From Dehalococcoidia bacterium (GTDB lineage Bacteria > Chloroflexota > Dehalococcoidia > Lucifugimonadales > GCA-2712585): a stretch of DNA of 64,000 nt. The stretch covers positions 145,040 through 209,039 of the forward strand of contig OY762063.1 of assembly GCA_963665075.1 (NCBI GenBank). Direction: 5' to 3'. A program made the position numbers and the translations under genes. Under the pieces are notes generated by a model. It was given only the letters and a program-made list of their open reading frames with translations. It made no database searches and had not been told where the DNA came from. Shown here one piece after another: positions 1 through 11,794 of this stretch (the first letter of the stretch is position 1; each line of letters opens with the position of its first letter).

Positions 1-1333
1 CACTCAAGACCCGGACGTGCTTGACACCTGGTTCAGTTCCGGCCTCTGGACTCATTCGACCCTGGGCTGGCCCGGCGAGACTGACGACCTTGACTACTTC
101 TATCCCTCCCACGTGATGGTGACGGGCTACGACATCCTCTTCTTCTGGGTCGCCCGCATGATTATGATGGGCATCGAAAATATGGGAGAGCCACCCTTCG
201 AAACGGTGTTCCTGCACGGCCTGGTGAGGGACGCCGAGGGGCGGAAGATGAGCAAGACCACGGGCAACGTCCTCGACCCCCTCGAGCTTACGGACACCTA
301 CGGCACCGACGCCCTACGCTTCGCCCTCACGACCGGCGCCGCGCCCGGAAACGATCTCCGCATCAGCACGGACAAGTTGGAGTCCAGCCGCAACTTCGCA
401 AATAAGCTGTGGAACGCCTCCCGCTTCGTCATTGGTTCGTTGGAGTACGCCGACGCTGCCCAGGGCTGGCGCGAACTCGCCGACGTTTCCCACCGGGAGG
501 ACCGGTGGATTCTGAGCCGGTTGAATCGAGTCATAGGGCGCACTCAGGAGTATCTGGAGCGGTTCGAAATAGGCGAGGCCCAGCGGGAGGTCTACGATTT
601 CCTCTGGAACGAGTTTTGCGACTGGTACATCGAGTTCGCGAAAATTCGGATGAGGGATGACGCTGAACCGTCGCCCTTGCCTACGCTGGCTCACGTGCTG
701 GAGAAGACGCTGCGTCTGCTTCACCCCTTCATGCCCTTCGTCACTGAAGAGGTCTGGCAACGTCTGACGAAGCAGTTGCCCAATGAGGACGCGCTCACGG
801 AATCGATAATGATTGCGCCGTACCCGGAGGAGGATGCGTCGAGAATCGACGAAACGTCGGAAGCGGAAGTGGCGCAAATAATCACGCTGGTGCGCTCCAT
901 CCGCAACGTCAGGGCCCAGCTTCGCATCAACCCGCGGCAGGAGTTGCAAGCTTCCCTGGATCTCCAGGGGCACGACTATCTGGTGGGCGATGAGGTTGAA
1001 GCGGTGAAGGGGCTAGCCCGGCTTCGGAAACTAAGCGGGGCGGACGCTTCCCAAGTTCCGCAGGATGGGGGCGTGGTGACCGTCGTGGCCGGCGAGGTGG
1101 TGGTCGCCCTTCCCCTTGGCGAGGTCATAGACCTGGCCCAGGAGAGGCGGCGTCTGGAAGGAGAGCGGGACGAGGCTTCGAAGCACCTGAAGCGGGTGGA
1201 CTCGCTGCTTGCCAGGCCGCAGTTTCGCGCCAAGGCGCCGGAGCACGTGGTGGAGCGGGAACGGGAGCGGGCGCAGGGGCTTCGGGAGCGACTGAAGCGG
1301 TTGGAGGAGGTACTGGCGCAGCTGCCGTCTTAG
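1..1333 (+). CDS. valS: valyl-tRNA synthetase, C-terminal ~440 aa (5' end outside window; reading frame of nt 2)
   Basis: ORF stays open to the window edge (TQDPDVLDTWFSSGLW...). It has a KMSKS-type loop RKMSKTTGNV, an anticodon-binding region and a C-terminal coiled coil (ERRRLEGERDEASKHLKRV) typical of ValS. Confidence 0.93.
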   Translation, partial: TQDPDVLDTWFSSGLWTHSTLGWPGETDDLDYFYPSHVMVTGYDILFFWVARMIMMGIENMGEPPFETVFLHGLVRDAEGRKMSKTTGNVLDPLELTDTYGTDALRFALTTGAAPGNDLRISTDKLESSRNFANKLWNASRFVIGSLEYADAAQGWRELADVSHREDRWILSRLNRVIGRTQEYLERFEIGEAQREVYDFLWNEFCDWYIEFAKIRMRDDAEPSPLPTLAHVLEKTLRLLHPFMPFVTEEVWQRLTKQLPNEDALTESIMIAPYPEEDASRIDETSEAEVAQIITLVRSIRNVRAQLRINPRQELQASLDLQGHDYLVGDEVEAVKGLARLRKLSGADASQVPQDGGVVTVVAGEVVVALPLGEVIDLAQERRRLEGERDEASKHLKRVDSLLARPQFRAKAPEHVVERERERAQGLRERLKRLEEVLAQLPS

Positions 1334-1344
1334 GGGATATTGGT

Positions 1345-1423
1345 TAGGGGGCGCTCGCCCTTCGACAAGCTCAGGGTGATCGGGGAAAGGGGCTAGATGG
1401 GGGAGGGTGAGCGGGAAAGGGGG
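1345..1423 (+). repeat. C module plus a duplicated GGGAAAGGGGCTAGATGGG between valS and the convergent 226-aa ORF
   Basis: GGCGCTCGCCCTTCGACAAGCTCAGGGTGATCGG at ~1350-1383. Confidence 0.8.
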
Positions 1424-2104
1424 CTAGATGGGCGAGGAGGAACCGCGAACCCGCTCCAGCCAGTTCAACCCCTTGCGGGTGTCGCTGGCGACCCGGGCCG
1501 GGTCCCAATAGTAGAGGCGGAGCTTGAACAGCCAGTAGGTGAATTCCTTGGACTGGGTGAGGCTGAACCCGTCCTGGTCGGGATAGCCCATCTTCTCCCT
1601 GAACTTTCCGATAAGACTGTCTAACCCGTCGTCGTAGATGCGACGGCATGCGGCATCGCTAACGTCTTCGACGTCCACCCTGCCGCCCCGGCGCATATCT
1701 TTGCGGACTTCTTCCTCCACGGCCAGGTGCAGGGCCTGCTCCACCACCACGCCGTACCAGAAGTTCAGGTATCCGCGGTACTTGTTGTAGCCAAGGAGGT
1801 TCTTCAGGCTTTCCTCGTTAACGTAGGCGGGGAAGCGGCCTTTGAAAAGGAGGTCTTCGATTTCCTGATTCTGGGCGGAATCGCCCAGTGCGGCGCACAT
1901 CCTCTCAGCCAGCAGCAAGCAGTCGAAGGCCTCGCCCTGGATGACGTAGCGATATAGACGCCCGTCGACGCGCTCTTCCGGCAACGTCCACATACTCATG
2001 GCTTCCAGGAGCGCCTCGGCCCAGGGCCGTCCGGCCTGGATGGCTTGCGAGAGCCGATCAAGGGCCTCCGCCTCCACGGACGCGGGAGGGCCTGCCGGTT
2101 CCAC
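1424..2104 (-). CDS. hypothetical protein (226 aa), family not recognised
   Basis: Longest ORF in its interval, 35 nt downstream of the HhH gene on the same strand. Its composition is balanced (YNKYRGYLNFWYGVVVEQALH, FTYWLFKLRLYYWDP), unlike the Arg/Pro/Gly-rich shadow ORFs overlapping it. Confidence 0.6.
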   Translation of the reverse strand: MEPAGPPASVEAEALDRLSQAIQAGRPWAEALLEAMSMWTLPEERVDGRLYRYVIQGEAFDCLLLAERMCAALGDSAQNQEIEDLLFKGRFPAYVNEESLKNLLGYNKYRGYLNFWYGVVVEQALHLAVEEEVRKDMRRGGRVDVEDVSDAACRRIYDDGLDSLIGKFREKMGYPDQDGFSLTQSKEFTYWLFKLRLYYWDPARVASDTRKGLNWLERVRGSSSPI

Positions 2105-2138
2105 GATTATTTCAACGGGAGCTTCGAAGGGCTTGACG

Positions 2139-2468
2139 TTAATTTGACTGCCCTCCTTTTGGAGGGATGACGTTCCTGGTTGGAACGCCCGCGTGGTCGG
2201 GAAACTCAGCCTTCAGACGCTCGTAAGCGGATACCTGGCCGGTGGTGACGTATTCGCGAATCTTGCCGCTGATGGCCTTGCCTATGCCCGGAACTTTCTT
2301 CAAGTCCGCGCCTTGCTGAGATGGGGAGTCAAGGGGATGGGGAAAGTCAGTGATAATTTCGACGGCGCGGCGATAAGCGCGGATTTTGAAGATGAGGTCG
2401 CCCTTCTTCTCAAGAAGGTGGGCCATATCCTCGAAGATGGCGGCTAATTCCTCGTTGACGTCGGACAT
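2139..2468 (-). CDS. small helix-hairpin-helix protein resembling the N-terminal 8-kDa/HhH region of family X DNA polymerases
   Basis: EELAAIFEDMAHLLEKKGDLIFKIRAYRRAVEII followed by LKKVPGIGKAISGKIREYVTTG. From memory this matches the PolX N-terminal pattern (..ELKGEN.FRVRAYRRAA.. LPGIGK.IA.KI.E). The gene starts 11 nt after the secA stop. Confidence 0.6.
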   Translation of the reverse strand: MSDVNEELAAIFEDMAHLLEKKGDLIFKIRAYRRAVEIITDFPHPLDSPSQQGADLKKVPGIGKAISGKIREYVTTGQVSAYERLKAEFPDHAGVPTRNVIPPKGGQSN

Positions 2469-2478
2469 TGCGCCGGCC

Positions 2479-5093
<2,615 letters not shown>

Positions 5094-5097
<4 letters not shown>

Positions 5098-6053
5098 GAT
5101 TCCCCGTTGAAGAGTTCTCCGACTGAAAGGCCGTTGTGAATTCGCCTGATTGCCTCGCCGAGCAGGGACGCTACGGAAAGGATGGTAACCTTGCCGTTTA
5201 CGTGATTCTCGGACAGCGGCACCGTATCCGTGGCCACCAGTTCCTTGAGCGGGCTGTTTACCACCCTGTCGGAAGCATCCCCCGAAAACAGGGCGTGGGT
5301 TACGCAGGAATAGACGTCTCCGGCGCCGGCGTTCTGGAGAGCCTCGGCGGCGGCGATAATTGACCCGCCGGTGTTGATTTCGTCGTCGAAGGTCAGGACG
5401 GTCTTTCCTTTAACGTCGCCGATTATGTTAAGGGTCTGGATGGAGGAGGTGTTTCCTTCACGCCGCTTCTCGACGATGGCGAGGGGAACGCCCAGACGCT
5501 CCGCCACGTCGCGGGCGCGCTTGCTTATGCCCACGTCCACGGCAACGACGACGAGGTCGTCCAGATTCTTGTCCCGGAAGTATCTTACGAGAAGGGGCAG
5601 CGCCGTAAGTTCGTCCACGGGGATGTTGAAGAATCCCTGAATCTGGCCAGCGTGGAGGTCAATGGTGAGGAGACGGTCGGCGCCGGCGGCTGTGAGCAGG
5701 TCCGCCACCAAGCGGGCCGTGATGGGCACGCGGGGCTGGTCTTTCTTGTCCGTGCGGGAGTAGCCGTAGTACGGCACCACCGCCGTGACGCGGCCCGCCG
5801 ACGCGCGCTTGGCCGCGTCTATCATTATCAGCAGTTCCATGAGGGCGTCGTTCACGGGGGCGCAGACGGGCTGCACTATGAACACGTCCCGCTCGCGGAC
5901 GTTCTCCAGGATGCGGACGAAGGTATTGTCGTTGGAGAACTTGAAGACTTCCGCCCTGCCCAGGGAGATGTTCAGATACTTGCAAACGTCCTGGGCCAAC
6001 TCCGGGTGAGAGTTCCCCGTGAATACGCGGAGCTCGTCGGTCAAGGCTGGCAT
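5094..6053 (-). CDS. prs: ribose-phosphate pyrophosphokinase
   Basis: RVFTGNSHPELAQDVCKYLNISLGRAEVFKFSNDN, with PRPP loop TFDDEINTGGS. I moved the start from the track ORF to ATG at 6053, which is preceded by GGGGGAAGA. The stop overlaps the secA ATG (ATGA at 5094-5097). Confidence 0.93.
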
Positions 6054-6255
6054 TCTTCCCCCTGAAGGTAAGGTTTTGCCCTGATTCACGCCTTCGCGGG
6101 TGGGAATTGCGGGCCGGCAGGCGAAGGCTTGGCTGTCCGGACTCATTATAGCATAGCCCTTGGAGGGTACAAGATTAGCCAATGACGCCCGCTTTTTGCT
6201 ATACTGCGGTTGGCCTCACCGGAGGCCGCTTAATTTGTTATGTAGAGGAATGGCA

Positions 6256-7542
6256 ATGGGGGCATACGCCTTGATTGGCGCGCAATGGGGCGACGAAGGC
6301 AAGGGGAAGGTGGTGGACTACCTTGCTTCCAAGGCCCAGTGGGTGGCTCGATACGCCGGCGGGAACAACGCCGGCCATACGGTAATGAACCACGGCGGGA
6401 CGTTTTCCCTTCATCTGGTGCCGTCCGGAATCTTCCAGCCCGACGTTTCCTGCGTAATCGGGAACGGGGTGGTGGTGAACCCGGAGGTGCTGCTGGAGGA
6501 GATCAAGGGCTTGTCCGAACGGGGCGTGGACGTGAGCCGCATATACCTGAGCGAGCGCGCCCACCTGATTATGCCCTATCACATTCAGATTGACGCCCTG
6601 GAGGAGAAGGCCCGAGGGAAGGCCAGCCTGGGAACCACGGGCACGGGCGTCGGCCCCGCCTACGTGGACAAGGCCTCCCGGACGGGCATTCGCGCGGGAG
6701 ACCTGCTCTACCTGGAGGATGAACTGCTGCCCCGGTTAGAGCGGGTGGTGGAGGACAAGAGCCGGATTCTCACCAAGCTGTACGACCAGCCGCCGCTTTC
6801 GCTGGAGGAGATTTTTGAACAGTGCGCCCGATGGCGGGAAGGACTGAAGGAACTCATCCGACCTACCAGTTTCCTGATGCAGCAGGCCATCGAGCGGGAG
6901 GAAACCATTATCATGGAGGGAGCGCAGGGGACGCTTCTGGACCTGGACCACGGCACCTACCCCTACGTCACGTCATCGTCGTCGTCGGTGGGCGGCGCGG
7001 CGGCGGGTCTGGGCATCCACCCCCGGAGCATCAGCGGCGTCATCGGCGTGTTCAAGGCCTACTGCACCAGGGTGGGGAGCGGCCCGTTCCCGACGGAGAT
7101 GCTTGACGCGCGGGCGGACGAACTTCGGGAGAGGGCATGGGAGTACGGGACGACCACGGGAAGGGCGCGGCGCATAGGCTGGTTCGACGCGGTGGCGGGA
7201 AGGTACAGCCAGCACATCAACGGGTTCTCGTCGCTGGTGCTGACGCGGTTGGACGTGCTGGACGGCTTTCCCTCGGTGAAGATTTGCGTTGGATATGAGG
7301 TGGACGGGGAGTTGTTGGGCCACTTCCCATCGGGCGCGACGCTGTTGCAACGGTGCAAGCCCGTCTACGAAGAGATGCCGGGCTGGACGGATCCCACGGA
7401 GGGCGCGACCAGCATTGACCAGCTGCCTAAGGAAGCTGCGGCATACGTGCGGAGGCTGGAGGAGTTGATTGGGTGCGAGTTCCACCTCATCTCAACCGGG
7501 CCGCATCGGGATGAGACGATAATGCTGCGGGATATGATTTAG
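6256..7542 (+). CDS. purA: adenylosuccinate synthetase
   Basis: GAQWGDEGKGKVVD P-loop, GGNNAGHTV and TTGRARRIGWFD motifs. I chose the start at ATG 6256 (GAGGA 7 nt upstream); ATG 6250 is an alternative. Confidence 0.95.
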   Translation: MGAYALIGAQWGDEGKGKVVDYLASKAQWVARYAGGNNAGHTVMNHGGTFSLHLVPSGIFQPDVSCVIGNGVVVNPEVLLEEIKGLSERGVDVSRIYLSERAHLIMPYHIQIDALEEKARGKASLGTTGTGVGPAYVDKASRTGIRAGDLLYLEDELLPRLERVVEDKSRILTKLYDQPPLSLEEIFEQCARWREGLKELIRPTSFLMQQAIEREETIIMEGAQGTLLDLDHGTYPYVTSSSSSVGGAAAGLGIHPRSISGVIGVFKAYCTRVGSGPFPTEMLDARADELRERAWEYGTTTGRARRIGWFDAVAGRYSQHINGFSSLVLTRLDVLDGFPSVKICVGYEVDGELLGHFPSGATLLQRCKPVYEEMPGWTDPTEGATSIDQLPKEAAAYVRRLEELIGCEFHLISTGPHRDETIMLRDMI

Positions 7543-7544
7543 GG

Positions 7545-7620
7545 GGAGTTCACCCCCATCCCCGTATCATGTACGGGGCGGGCTCTAACCTTCCCCCATC
7601 GATGGGGGAAGGGATAAGAA
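7545..7620 (+). repeat. B module with a nested extra hairpin
   Basis: CACCCCCATC, then CCCCGTA(7560-7566)-TCATG-TACGGGG(7572-7578), then CTAACCTTCCCCCATCGATGGGGGAAGGGATAAGAAG. Confidence 0.85.
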
Positions 7621-7628
7621 GTAGGAAG

Positions 7629-7982
7629 ATGACCACCGGAACGAGGTATCGGAGCGCGGCGGCGCATCTGTTGGAGCAGGCGCGTCGAGAACTAGACATC
7701 GGCGACAATCGGCAGGCGTCGGAGAAAGGCTGGGGCGCGGCGGCGCAGGCGGTGAAGGCAGTGGCGGAAGGTCGCGGCTGGCAGTATAAGTCTCATGCCG
7801 CCTTGTTCGACGTCGTGAGCAGATTGGCGAGAGAAACGGGCAACGACAGCCTTAAATCGCTCTTCCACACCGCCAATAGTCTGCACAGCAACTTCTACGA
7901 GGATACCCAAGACGATGAGATGGTAGCGGCAGGGCTGGTAGACGTTGCCAGGTTTGTGGCGCTGCTTGAGAAGGTGGAGTAG
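7629..7982 (+). CDS. PaREP1-like (HEPN-superfamily) small helical protein
   Basis: QASEKGWGAAAQAVKAVAEGRGW..SH..LFDVVSRLARETGND...FHTANSLHSNFYED...VAAGLVDVARFV follows the PaREP1 signature as I recall it (ASEK.WGAAA.A.KA.A... AN.LH.NFYE). I moved the start to ATG 7629 (AGGAAG upstream) because the first 20 track codons translate a B repeat. Confidence 0.6.
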   Translation: MTTGTRYRSAAAHLLEQARRELDIGDNRQASEKGWGAAAQAVKAVAEGRGWQYKSHAALFDVVSRLARETGNDSLKSLFHTANSLHSNFYEDTQDDEMVAAGLVDVARFVALLEKVE

Positions 7983-7985
7983 GGG

Positions 7986-8879
7986 TTAGATGGGCAGGTC
8001 TACGGGGTAGTTTTCCAGGAGGGCGTCCACCTGGGCGGCCATTTGGGGGTCGGCGGGGATGAGGGGAAGGCGGGGCTTGCCGATGTCGAAGCCAACCTTG
8101 GCGTAGGCGTATTTGAGGGGGATGGGATTGGAGGCGATGCCCGTCATGCCGTTGCACATCGGCAGCAGGCGCAGGTGCTCCTCGGCAGCTTCCTTGAGAT
8201 TTCCTTCGACGGTCAGGTCAATCATGCGTCGCATCTGCTTCCCGAAAAGGTTGGAGACGACGCAGATGACGCCGTACCCGCCAAGGCAGAGAAGGGGGAA
8301 GGTGTCGCCGTCGTTGCCGCTCCAGATGCGGAAGCCGTCGGACGCGCCGTCGATGGTCTGCGCCATAAGCTCGAAGTCGGCGGTGGCGTCCTTCACGCCG
8401 ACGATGTTGTCGACGTGGCTGCATCGGATGGTGGTGTCCAGGGACATCTTCGTGCCGGTGCGGCCGGGGATGTTGTAGAGGATGCAGGGCAGATGGGTGG
8501 ACTCGGCGATGGCCTTGAAGTGCCGGTAGATGCCTTCCTGGGGGGGCTTGTTGTAGTAGGGGACCGTTAGAAGCAGCGCGTCCACGCCCATCTCCTCGGC
8601 CTCGCGACTGAGGTTGATGCTGTCCCATGTGGAGTAGTTGCCGGTGTTGGCGATGACGGCGCCGCGGTCGCCGACGGCGGCCTTCGTTTCGCCCCAGAGC
8701 TTGAGTTTTTCCTCGTGGCTGAGGGTGGGGCCTTCGCCGGTGGTGGCGCCGACGACCAAGCCGTCGCTGCCGGAATCCAGCAGGCGATTGGCCAGGTCGC
8801 GGGTCTTGGGCCAGTCCACCTCGCCCCGTTCGTCCATAGGCGTGACCATTGCTGTCAACAGTCGTCCAAGCTCTACCAC
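7986..8879 (-). CDS. dapA: 4-hydroxy-tetrahydrodipicolinate synthase
   Basis: LLTAMVTPMDERGEVDW N-terminus, GTTGEGPTLSHEEK, and a DapA/NAL-family fold pattern. GTG start at 8879. Confidence 0.93.
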   Translation of the reverse strand: MVELGRLLTAMVTPMDERGEVDWPKTRDLANRLLDSGSDGLVVGATTGEGPTLSHEEKLKLWGETKAAVGDRGAVIANTGNYSTWDSINLSREAEEMGVDALLLTVPYYNKPPQEGIYRHFKAIAESTHLPCILYNIPGRTGTKMSLDTTIRCSHVDNIVGVKDATADFELMAQTIDGASDGFRIWSGNDGDTFPLLCLGGYGVICVVSNLFGKQMRRMIDLTVEGNLKEAAEEHLRLLPMCNGMTGIASNPIPLKYAYAKVGFDIGKPRLPLIPADPQMAAQVDALLENYPVDLPI

Positions 8880-8915
8880 GGCAGTCCTCCAGCTATGAGA
8901 GTAGAAGCCATCAGG

Positions 8916-9953
8916 CTAGGTTCCGGTGGAAGCGACGAGAGATTTTGGCTTCAGGCAGTCCCTTCTCACCACTTCTTCGGCAATTTGAAGGGCGTTGAGG
9001 GCCGCGCCCTTCCTGAGATTATCGGCCACGACCCAGAGGGCGAGGCCGTTGTCGATGGACGAGTCGCGGCGGACGCGTCCCACGTATACGTCGTCGGTCC
9101 CGGCCAGGTCAAAGGGCATGGGGTAGGAGTCGCGGAAGACGGTCACACCCGGCATTTCGTCCAACAGCCGGGTCGCTTCGTCGGGAGTTATGGGACGTTC
9201 GAACTCCAGGTGCACCGCCTCGCTGTGGCAGGTGTAGACGGGCACGCGGACGCAGGTGGCGGAGATTCCCATGTACGGGTCGTGGAGAATCTTCCGCGTC
9301 TCGTTAATCATCTTCTCCTCTTCCTTGGTATAGCCGTCATCCAGGAAATCGTCGATGTGGGGGAAGAGGTTGAAGGCGAGGTTGTGCGGCATGGCGTGAA
9401 CGCCGGCGGTTGCGCCCGTCAGGACGGCTTGGGTCTGGTCGGTAAGCTCTTGCACGGCACTTGCGCCTGCCCCAGAAGCGGCCTGGTAAGTGTCCACGAT
9501 GACGCGGCGGATGGGGTTGACGCGGTGCAAGGGGTAGAGGGCCATGACCATCTGGATGGTGGAGCAGTTTGGGGTGGCGATGATGCCCTGATGGTCTTCC
9601 ATGTCCGCGCCGTTGATTTCCGGCACCACCAGGGGGACGGATGGGTCCATGCGGTAGGCGGAACTCTTATCGACGGCCACGGCGCCGCTGCTGACGGCGG
9701 CGGGGACGAAGCGGCGGCTGACGGACGCGCCGGCGGATATGAAGGCGAAGTCGATGTTTCGGAAAGAGCCATCCGTAGCTTCCCGCACCTCGTATTCCTG
9801 ACCGCCGACGGAAATTCGGGTTCCGGCGGAGCGTCGGGAGGCCAACAGCTTGAGATGGTTGACGGGGAAGGCGCGCTGTTCCAGGATTCTCAGGAACTCG
9901 CGGCCCACGGCGCCCGTTGCGCCAACCACTGCTATGTTGAAGTATCTGCTCAA
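8916..9953 (-). CDS. asd: aspartate-semialdehyde dehydrogenase
   Basis: FNIAVVGATGAVGREFLRILEQR Rossmann N-terminus, active-site context IIATPNCSTIQMV, 345 aa. Confidence 0.95.
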   Translation of the reverse strand: MSRYFNIAVVGATGAVGREFLRILEQRAFPVNHLKLLASRRSAGTRISVGGQEYEVREATDGSFRNIDFAFISAGASVSRRFVPAAVSSGAVAVDKSSAYRMDPSVPLVVPEINGADMEDHQGIIATPNCSTIQMVMALYPLHRVNPIRRVIVDTYQAASGAGASAVQELTDQTQAVLTGATAGVHAMPHNLAFNLFPHIDDFLDDGYTKEEEKMINETRKILHDPYMGISATCVRVPVYTCHSEAVHLEFERPITPDEATRLLDEMPGVTVFRDSYPMPFDLAGTDDVYVGRVRRDSSIDNGLALWVVADNLRKGAALNALQIAEEVVRRDCLKPKSLVASTGT

Positions 9954-9963
9954 CTTTTGCTTG

Positions 9964-10755
9964 CTATATTCCTAAAATTTTGTCCAAGCCTAGCACAAGG
10001 CCCTTTATGTTAACAACCTCCCGGACGGCGCGGAGGACGCCTGGCATGTAGCATCCGCGGTCGAGGGTGTCGTGGCGCAGGGTGAGGGTCTGGCCCTGGG
10101 CGCCGAAGACGACTTCGTGGTGGGCGCTGCGACCGGGCTGGCGGAGGCTGTGGATGCCGACGTTGGAGATCTGCGCGCCCATCGATCCTTCCAGATTCTC
10201 GCGTTCGGGTTCGTTGCGGACGAATTCCTGGCCCTCGGCGGCGGCGCGGGCGATGGCTATGGCGGTGCCGGAGGGCGCGTCTATCTTCGCTTCGTGGTGA
10301 GCCTCGATTATATCTACGTAGTCGAAGAAGGGGGCCGCTTTCGCGACGAGACTTTGGAGGACGACGGCGCCGAGGGCAAAGTTGGGGGCTACGACCACGC
10401 CAACGCCTTTGGCTCGCGCCCGTTCGTCCATTTGACGCACGGCATCGTCGCTGATGCCGGAGGCGCCGGTGACGAAGCAGACGCCAGCGTCGATAGTTGT
10501 GAGGGCGGCGTTAGTGGCGGCGTCGGCGTTGGAGAAATCGACCACAACGCGCGGCGCGGTCTGGAGAATGAGAGTGGACAGGTCTGAGGAAAGGGGGATT
10601 GAACCGGAGCGGTCGGGCAACGGCATCCTGTTGTCGGGGGCGACGATATCGACGCCGCCGACGGGGAGGGTGTCGTCGGCTTCCGTTACGGCTTGGAGGG
10701 TTTCCTGGCCCATCCTGCCGGCGACGCCGTGGACGAGGACTCTGATTTGCGGCAT
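9964..10755 (-). CDS. dapB: 4-hydroxy-tetrahydrodipicolinate reductase
   Basis: IRVLVHGVAGRMGQE N-terminus and EAHHEAKIDAPSGTA signature. First gene of a dapB-asd-dapA run. Confidence 0.93.
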   Translation of the reverse strand: MPQIRVLVHGVAGRMGQETLQAVTEADDTLPVGGVDIVAPDNRMPLPDRSGSIPLSSDLSTLILQTAPRVVVDFSNADAATNAALTTIDAGVCFVTGASGISDDAVRQMDERARAKGVGVVVAPNFALGAVVLQSLVAKAAPFFDYVDIIEAHHEAKIDAPSGTAIAIARAAAEGQEFVRNEPERENLEGSMGAQISNVGIHSLRQPGRSAHHEVVFGAQGQTLTLRHDTLDRGCYMPGVLRAVREVVNIKGLVLGLDKILGI

Positions 10756-10782
10756 TGGACGCTCCGTGGGGGATTGGGGAAT

Positions 10783-10811
10783 AGTGTATTGGGAGATGGG
10801 AGTTTTGGCAA
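10783..10811 (-). promoter_or_regulatory. candidate sigma70-type promoter of dapB-asd-dapA
   Basis: On the minus strand: TTGCCA (10811-10806), a 17-nt spacer, then TACACT (10788-10783). About 25 nt further on is GGAG, then ATG at 10755. Confidence 0.35.
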
Positions 10812-10814
10812 TGG

Positions 10815-10862
10815 GAAGGGGGGCGCTCGACCCTTCGACAAGCTCAGGGTGAGCGGAGGGCG
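10815..10862 (+). repeat. C module
   Basis: GGGCGCTCGACCCTTCGACAAGCTCAGGGTGAGCGG. Confidence 0.85.
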
Positions 10863-11134
10863 GGTGAGGGCGGCCTTGTTGTAGTAGAGGTGATTCGTTT
10901 CGTTTGGCTTCCTTTTTTTCTGTGGTGGGATACGAAGGGGGTTTTTATAGCTGATTGGGGGGGAATTCGGCATTCGTTATATGTTGTGGTGAGAACGAAT
11001 GGGGGGCTTTTACCGGAAGGGGGATGGGTTGGGTGGAACCTCCTGTGAAGTTGTGGAATTGGTATGTATGTTTCATAATAGAGAGGATAGCATGGGAGGG
11101 TGGTTGTGGCAAGGGGGAGGTGGGAGTTTTTTGG

Positions 11135-11790
11135 GGGGAGACGCCCCCATCTCAATCTTCCCCCGTGAAGGGGGAAGAGGTAAGAGGGAACTGGATTCCG
11201 GCTTTTGCCGGAATGACGGTTATGCAAAGGTCTCCGCTATGGGGGAGATGGGGGTAAGGGGCGGTGGATTCCCGCCTGCGCGGGAATGACGGGGAGGTAG
11301 GCGGGAATGACGGAGAGGTAGGCGGGAATGACGGAGAGGGGGTTGGGGGAGGGGGTAAGAGGGGAGGGGTTGATGACCCTTCGGCCCGCTCGACCCTTCG
11401 TCCTTCGACAAGCTCAGGATGAGATCAGGGTGAGCGGGGGAGGGTGGTCAGGGTGAGCGGAGGGATGGGGTTGTAGCGCGACGTGGTAGGGGCGACCGGC
11501 CGGTCGCCCCTACATTGAAGTGAGTGTGGGTTGCGGTGGATTCCCGCCTGCGCGGGAATGACGGGGAGGTAGGCGGGAATGACGGAGTTGTCGGAGGGGG
11601 AAGAGGTAAGAGGGGACTGGATTCCCGCCTGCGCGGGAATGACGGAGAGGGGGGTGGGAATGAGGGGGTGGGTTGATGGGGGAAGGGGTAAGAGGGGAGG
11701 CTTGCTCCCGCTCGACCCTTCGACAGGCCCTTCGACAAGCTCAGGACAGGCTCAGGGTGAGCGGGAGATGAGATCAGGGTGAGGGGGTGG
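11135..11790 (+). repeat. large intergenic repeat cluster downstream of pnp (B-A'-D, A plus 3x21-bp units, C, E palindrome, A, A, C)
   Basis: B at 11143, A' at 11192, D at 11218, A at 11266 with GCGGGAATGACGG(G/A)GAGGTAG x3, C at 11388, E at 11486-11513, A at 11538 and 11620, C at 11708-11765. Confidence 0.9.
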
Positions 11791-11794
11791 GGGG

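Noticed and set aside
6160-6255. N-terminal extensions offered by the ORF track for purA, prs (to 6182), the SBP (24553), isochorismatase (27112), the PQQ protein (37113), yidD (37253), tsaC (57278), guaA (57267), purB (61483), ileS (39676) and lipA (21959).
   Set aside because: In each case an internal ATG aligns with the conserved N-terminus of the family. It usually also has a Shine-Dalgarno-like GGAGG or an ATGA/TGATG coupling to the upstream gene. The extensions run into repeats or neighbouring genes.
10870-11130. A ~260-bp lower-GC, non-repeat stretch between the dapB promoter region and the pnp-distal repeat cluster. It contains an 8-bp-stem hairpin (CATTCGTT-N16-AACGAATG, ~10971-11002) and T-runs. 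I considered it as an sRNA or lysine-riboswitch candidate.
   Set aside because: I found no match to the L-box core as I remember it. There is no convincing promoter-plus-terminator pair and no conserved ORF. I left it unannotated; it would need RNA-seq or Rfam.
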